From Vulcanimicrobiota bacterium (GTDB taxonomy: Bacteria > Vulcanimicrobiota > Vulcanimicrobiia > Vulcanimicrobiales > Vulcanimicrobiaceae): a stretch of DNA of 64,000 bases. The notes beneath the pieces are model-generated. The model was not told the DNA's origin and searched no databases. It worked only from the letters and a program-made list of their open reading frames with translations. The position numbers and the translations under genes are program-made. This document shows positions 61,739 through 64,000 of this stretch, piece by piece; the first letter of the stretch is position 1; each line of letters starts with the position of its first letter. The stretch covers positions 3,264,001 through 3,328,000 of the forward strand of contig OY970223.1 of NCBI GenBank assembly GCA_963714015.1, written 5' to 3'.

Positions 61739-64000
61739 CTACACTGGACGCATGGAGATGGAATCGTTCCGGCGATGAAAATGGGTTGCGAGCTGCGCCC
61801 GCGACGAGATCGCCAGCTTTCCGTAGATCGAACTCAAATGCTTCTCCACGGCCTTGACCGTAATCGAAAGCTTTTGCGCCACGGCGGAGTTGCTCGCTCC
61901 CGACGCTACGAGCTCCGCTACCTCGCGTTCACGCGGCGAGAGCGCCTCGGCTGCCGCGCGCACCGGGGAAGGCGGGCCGCCGGTCTGCCGCACCAATGCG
62001 TTTCGTAACGGAAGAACGGCGCCGATGCGGCGATAGATTGCTGCAGCGCGATCGACGTCGCCCTGTAGTTCCAACGCCTGCGCTTCCCACAGTGGAAAGG
62101 CGAGGATTCTGAAATGCTCTGCCGCCGCGGCTGCGTGCACTGCGCTTTCCGCGAAATTGCCGCATCCGGCAGCGACGAGGGCGTCGAACAGGGGCAGCGC
62201 TGCACGGAAGATGCGGTCGTGCGGGCGAACGGCAAGGCCGGCAAGAGATGCTCGCGCCTTCGCCTGCACGGCACTATCGCCGACTTGAGCGGCCGTAAGA
62301 TGAAGGATGAATAACGCCCTAGAGCCTTCATCAGCACTGAGCGCCTCCGAGACAAGCGCCGAGGCTTCAGCCTGGCGTCCTAAATCGTGCAGACGCAAGG
62401 CGGTAGCCGCAACCAAGTGCGGCGGAGGCGACGGCATATCGAGCTGCGGCGTAAAGTAGCGGTCGCACATCGACGCGTCATCCAGGAGCCGGCCGACGAA
62501 CAAGCCCCATCCGGAAATCAGCGCGCGTAGATCGGCACTCTCGGCGACCTCACGCGCGCATTGCTCGATCATCGAGCGCGCATCCGGCAGCGCTCCGCAC
62601 AGCACCGTGCGCGCGATCTCGGTCAGCTGCAGAAACTTTGATACGACGGTAAGATTTCTTCGGCTTACCATCGCTTGCGCTTCGCGCGAGATTTCCGCGG
62701 CCTCGTCCAGATATGCGAGCAGCGTCAATCCAGACGCAAGATTGGACAGGATCATCGCGGGCTCCGAGGTGAGCCCACCCTCGCGCGCAGCGTCGATTGC
62801 GCAACGCATCGCCTCGATGTACTTGGGCACATCGCCGTCTCGCTGCGCAAGCATGCCGCGCATCGCGTGGTACGTTACCACGGTGCGCAGCTCGTCGAGC
62901 GCGGGATCGATGCGCATGCCCGCGAGCATCTGCGCACCGCGCGCAAAATCTCCTCGCAAAAGGTAGATTTGCGCAAGCGCAACGTCGGCACGCCGGCGCA
63001 GTCGCGCATTGGTCAGGCGCGGCCGCACGTCCAGAATCGGTTGTTCCGGTTCCCGTTCGCCCAGTATGAACCGCGCCGCAGCCAGCTCGATCGCCGCCTC
63101 ACATTCGCCGGCGAGATCGCCGGCAAGAGCATACGCCGCCTTTGCCTGCGCTATCGCCTCGTGCGCGAGCTTCTTCAGGCCCAGCCGGCCGTAAGCCAAT
63201 CCCATCTTCATCAGCGGGCCTGCGGCGCGTTCGGATGTTTTGTCGACGTAGGCAAAAGCGTAGGAGTACGCGAGCGTCGCTTCCTCGTACGCAAAGAGCG
63301 CCATCGCTTCGTCCCCGGCTTGCACGCCGTACGTGAATGCGCGCTCCGCATCGCGCGCCGCCCACCAGTGGTAGGCCAAGTCGTGAATGTTTCGCGCGTC
63401 CGTCGACTCGAGCGCGAGTGCCGCCCGGCGATGCAGTTCCGTCGCCTGCGCCTCGAGCAGGGTGGCGCGCACGGCTTCGCGCGTTAGCGCGTGTGCGAAA
63501 GCAAATGTGCCGGCGTCTTCTTCCACAATCAGATGCAGATCGCGCGCCGCCCGCAGCGAGCGCAGCAGCTCCTCGCGCGAGAGATGCAGAATGCCGGCGA
63601 GCATCTCCAATGAAAAGCGCCGGCCCAGAATCGAAGCCTGCGCCAAGACCTCGCGGTCGGCGGGCGGCAAGGCATGAAACCGTTCTTGCAGCAGCGCGCG
63701 AACCGCGAACGGCAGATGCGCGGATCGGTTGACGGCCTGCCGCTCCATCGCCGCGTTCCGCAGCAGCTCTTCGGCGAAAAACGGATTGCCTTCACACAGA
63801 CGTACGATCCGGCGGCGCACGTCGAGCGGAACGTTCTCGGCCGCATCTTGAAGCAGTTCGCCGACAACCGCGTCGGAGAGCGGCTCCAAAATGATGTGCG
63901 TGGTTTGCGTAAGACGATGCAGCCGCACCAACGCTTTGAACGCCGGCGAGTCTTCGTCGGGATCGCCCGACCGATGCGTCGCCACGACGAGCAGCCGCAT
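61739..64000 (-). CDS. LuxR-family (LAL/MalT-like) regulator, AAA + TPR + HTH; 5' part outside window
   Basis: 'EGNPFFAEELL', 'FAHALTREAV', 'LAYHW', 'LSPREREVAELVASGASNSAVAQKLSITVKAVEKHLSSIYGKL'. Confidence 0.92.
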   Translation of the reverse strand: MRLLVVATHRSGDPDEDSPAFKALVRLHRLTQTTHIILEPLSDAVVGELLQDAAENVPLDVRRRIVRLCEGNPFFAEELLRNAAMERQAVNRSAHLPFAVRALLQERFHALPPADREVLAQASILGRRFSLEMLAGILHLSREELLRSLRAARDLHLIVEEDAGTFAFAHALTREAVRATLLEAQATELHRRAALALESTDARNIHDLAYHWWAARDAERAFTYGVQAGDEAMALFAYEEATLAYSYAFAYVDKTSERAAGPLMKMGLAYGRLGLKKLAHEAIAQAKAAYALAGDLAGECEAAIELAAARFILGEREPEQPILDVRPRLTNARLRRRADVALAQIYLLRGDFARGAQMLAGMRIDPALDELRTVVTYHAMRGMLAQRDGDVPKYIEAMRCAIDAAREGGLTSEPAMILSNLASGLTLLAYLDEAAEISREAQAMVSRRNLTVVSKFLQLTEIARTVLCGALPDARSMIEQCAREVAESADLRALISGWGLFVGRLLDDASMCDRYFTPQLDMPSPPPHLVAATALRLHDLGRQAEASALVSEALSADEGSRALFILHLTAAQVGDSAVQAKARASLAGLAVRPHDRIFRAALPLFDALVAAGCGNFAESAVHAAAAAEHFRILAFPLWEAQALELQGDVDRAAAIYRRIGAVLPLRNALVRQTGGPPSPVRAAAEALSPREREVAELVASGASNSAVAQKLSITVKAVEKHLSSIYGKLAISSRAQLATHFHRRNDSISMRPV

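Overview
A GC-rich (roughly 60%+) bacterial chromosome segment. It combines diderm markers (TonB-dependent receptor, MlaD) with actinobacterial/firmicute-like gene orders (hrcA-dnaJ-rsmE, ftsB-S1-ppx), compatible with Ca. Eremiobacterota/Vulcanimicrobiota; that taxonomy is inference only. Contents in order: (1) 0.7-7.7 kb, a general-stress/desiccation cluster with DUF883/holin-X-type membrane proteins, a Zn-dehydrogenase, a PRTase, LigD-type polymerase plus LigC-type ligase without Ku in the window, and a very basic protein carrying 14 x (RKKST[G/S]G) repeats that resemble the histone H3 tail motif KSTGG; (2) 8.4-27 kb, housekeeping genes (ppx, accAD, CIRCE-hrcA-dnaJ-rsmE, acs, S1/P1 nuclease, dinG, dtxR, add, tRNA-fMet); (3) a post-tRNA accessory block with ECF sigma, putative anti-sigma, PrsA-like PPIase and a TonB receptor; (4) tdh-kbl, phoB-phoR-pstB, class I aldolase, nifU; (5) a lower-GC island with an IS3-family element and an orphan immunity-like gene; (6) a ~1920-aa poly-HAMP hybrid kinase with a degenerate CheR, divergent from a GAF-PP2C-HATPase gene; (7) an atypical Zn-finger/TM-anchored Clp ATPase, mlaD and a LuxR-AAA regulator. 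About a dozen single-base frameshifts in conserved genes look like long-read sequencing errors. No CRISPR, rRNA or prophage is evident.
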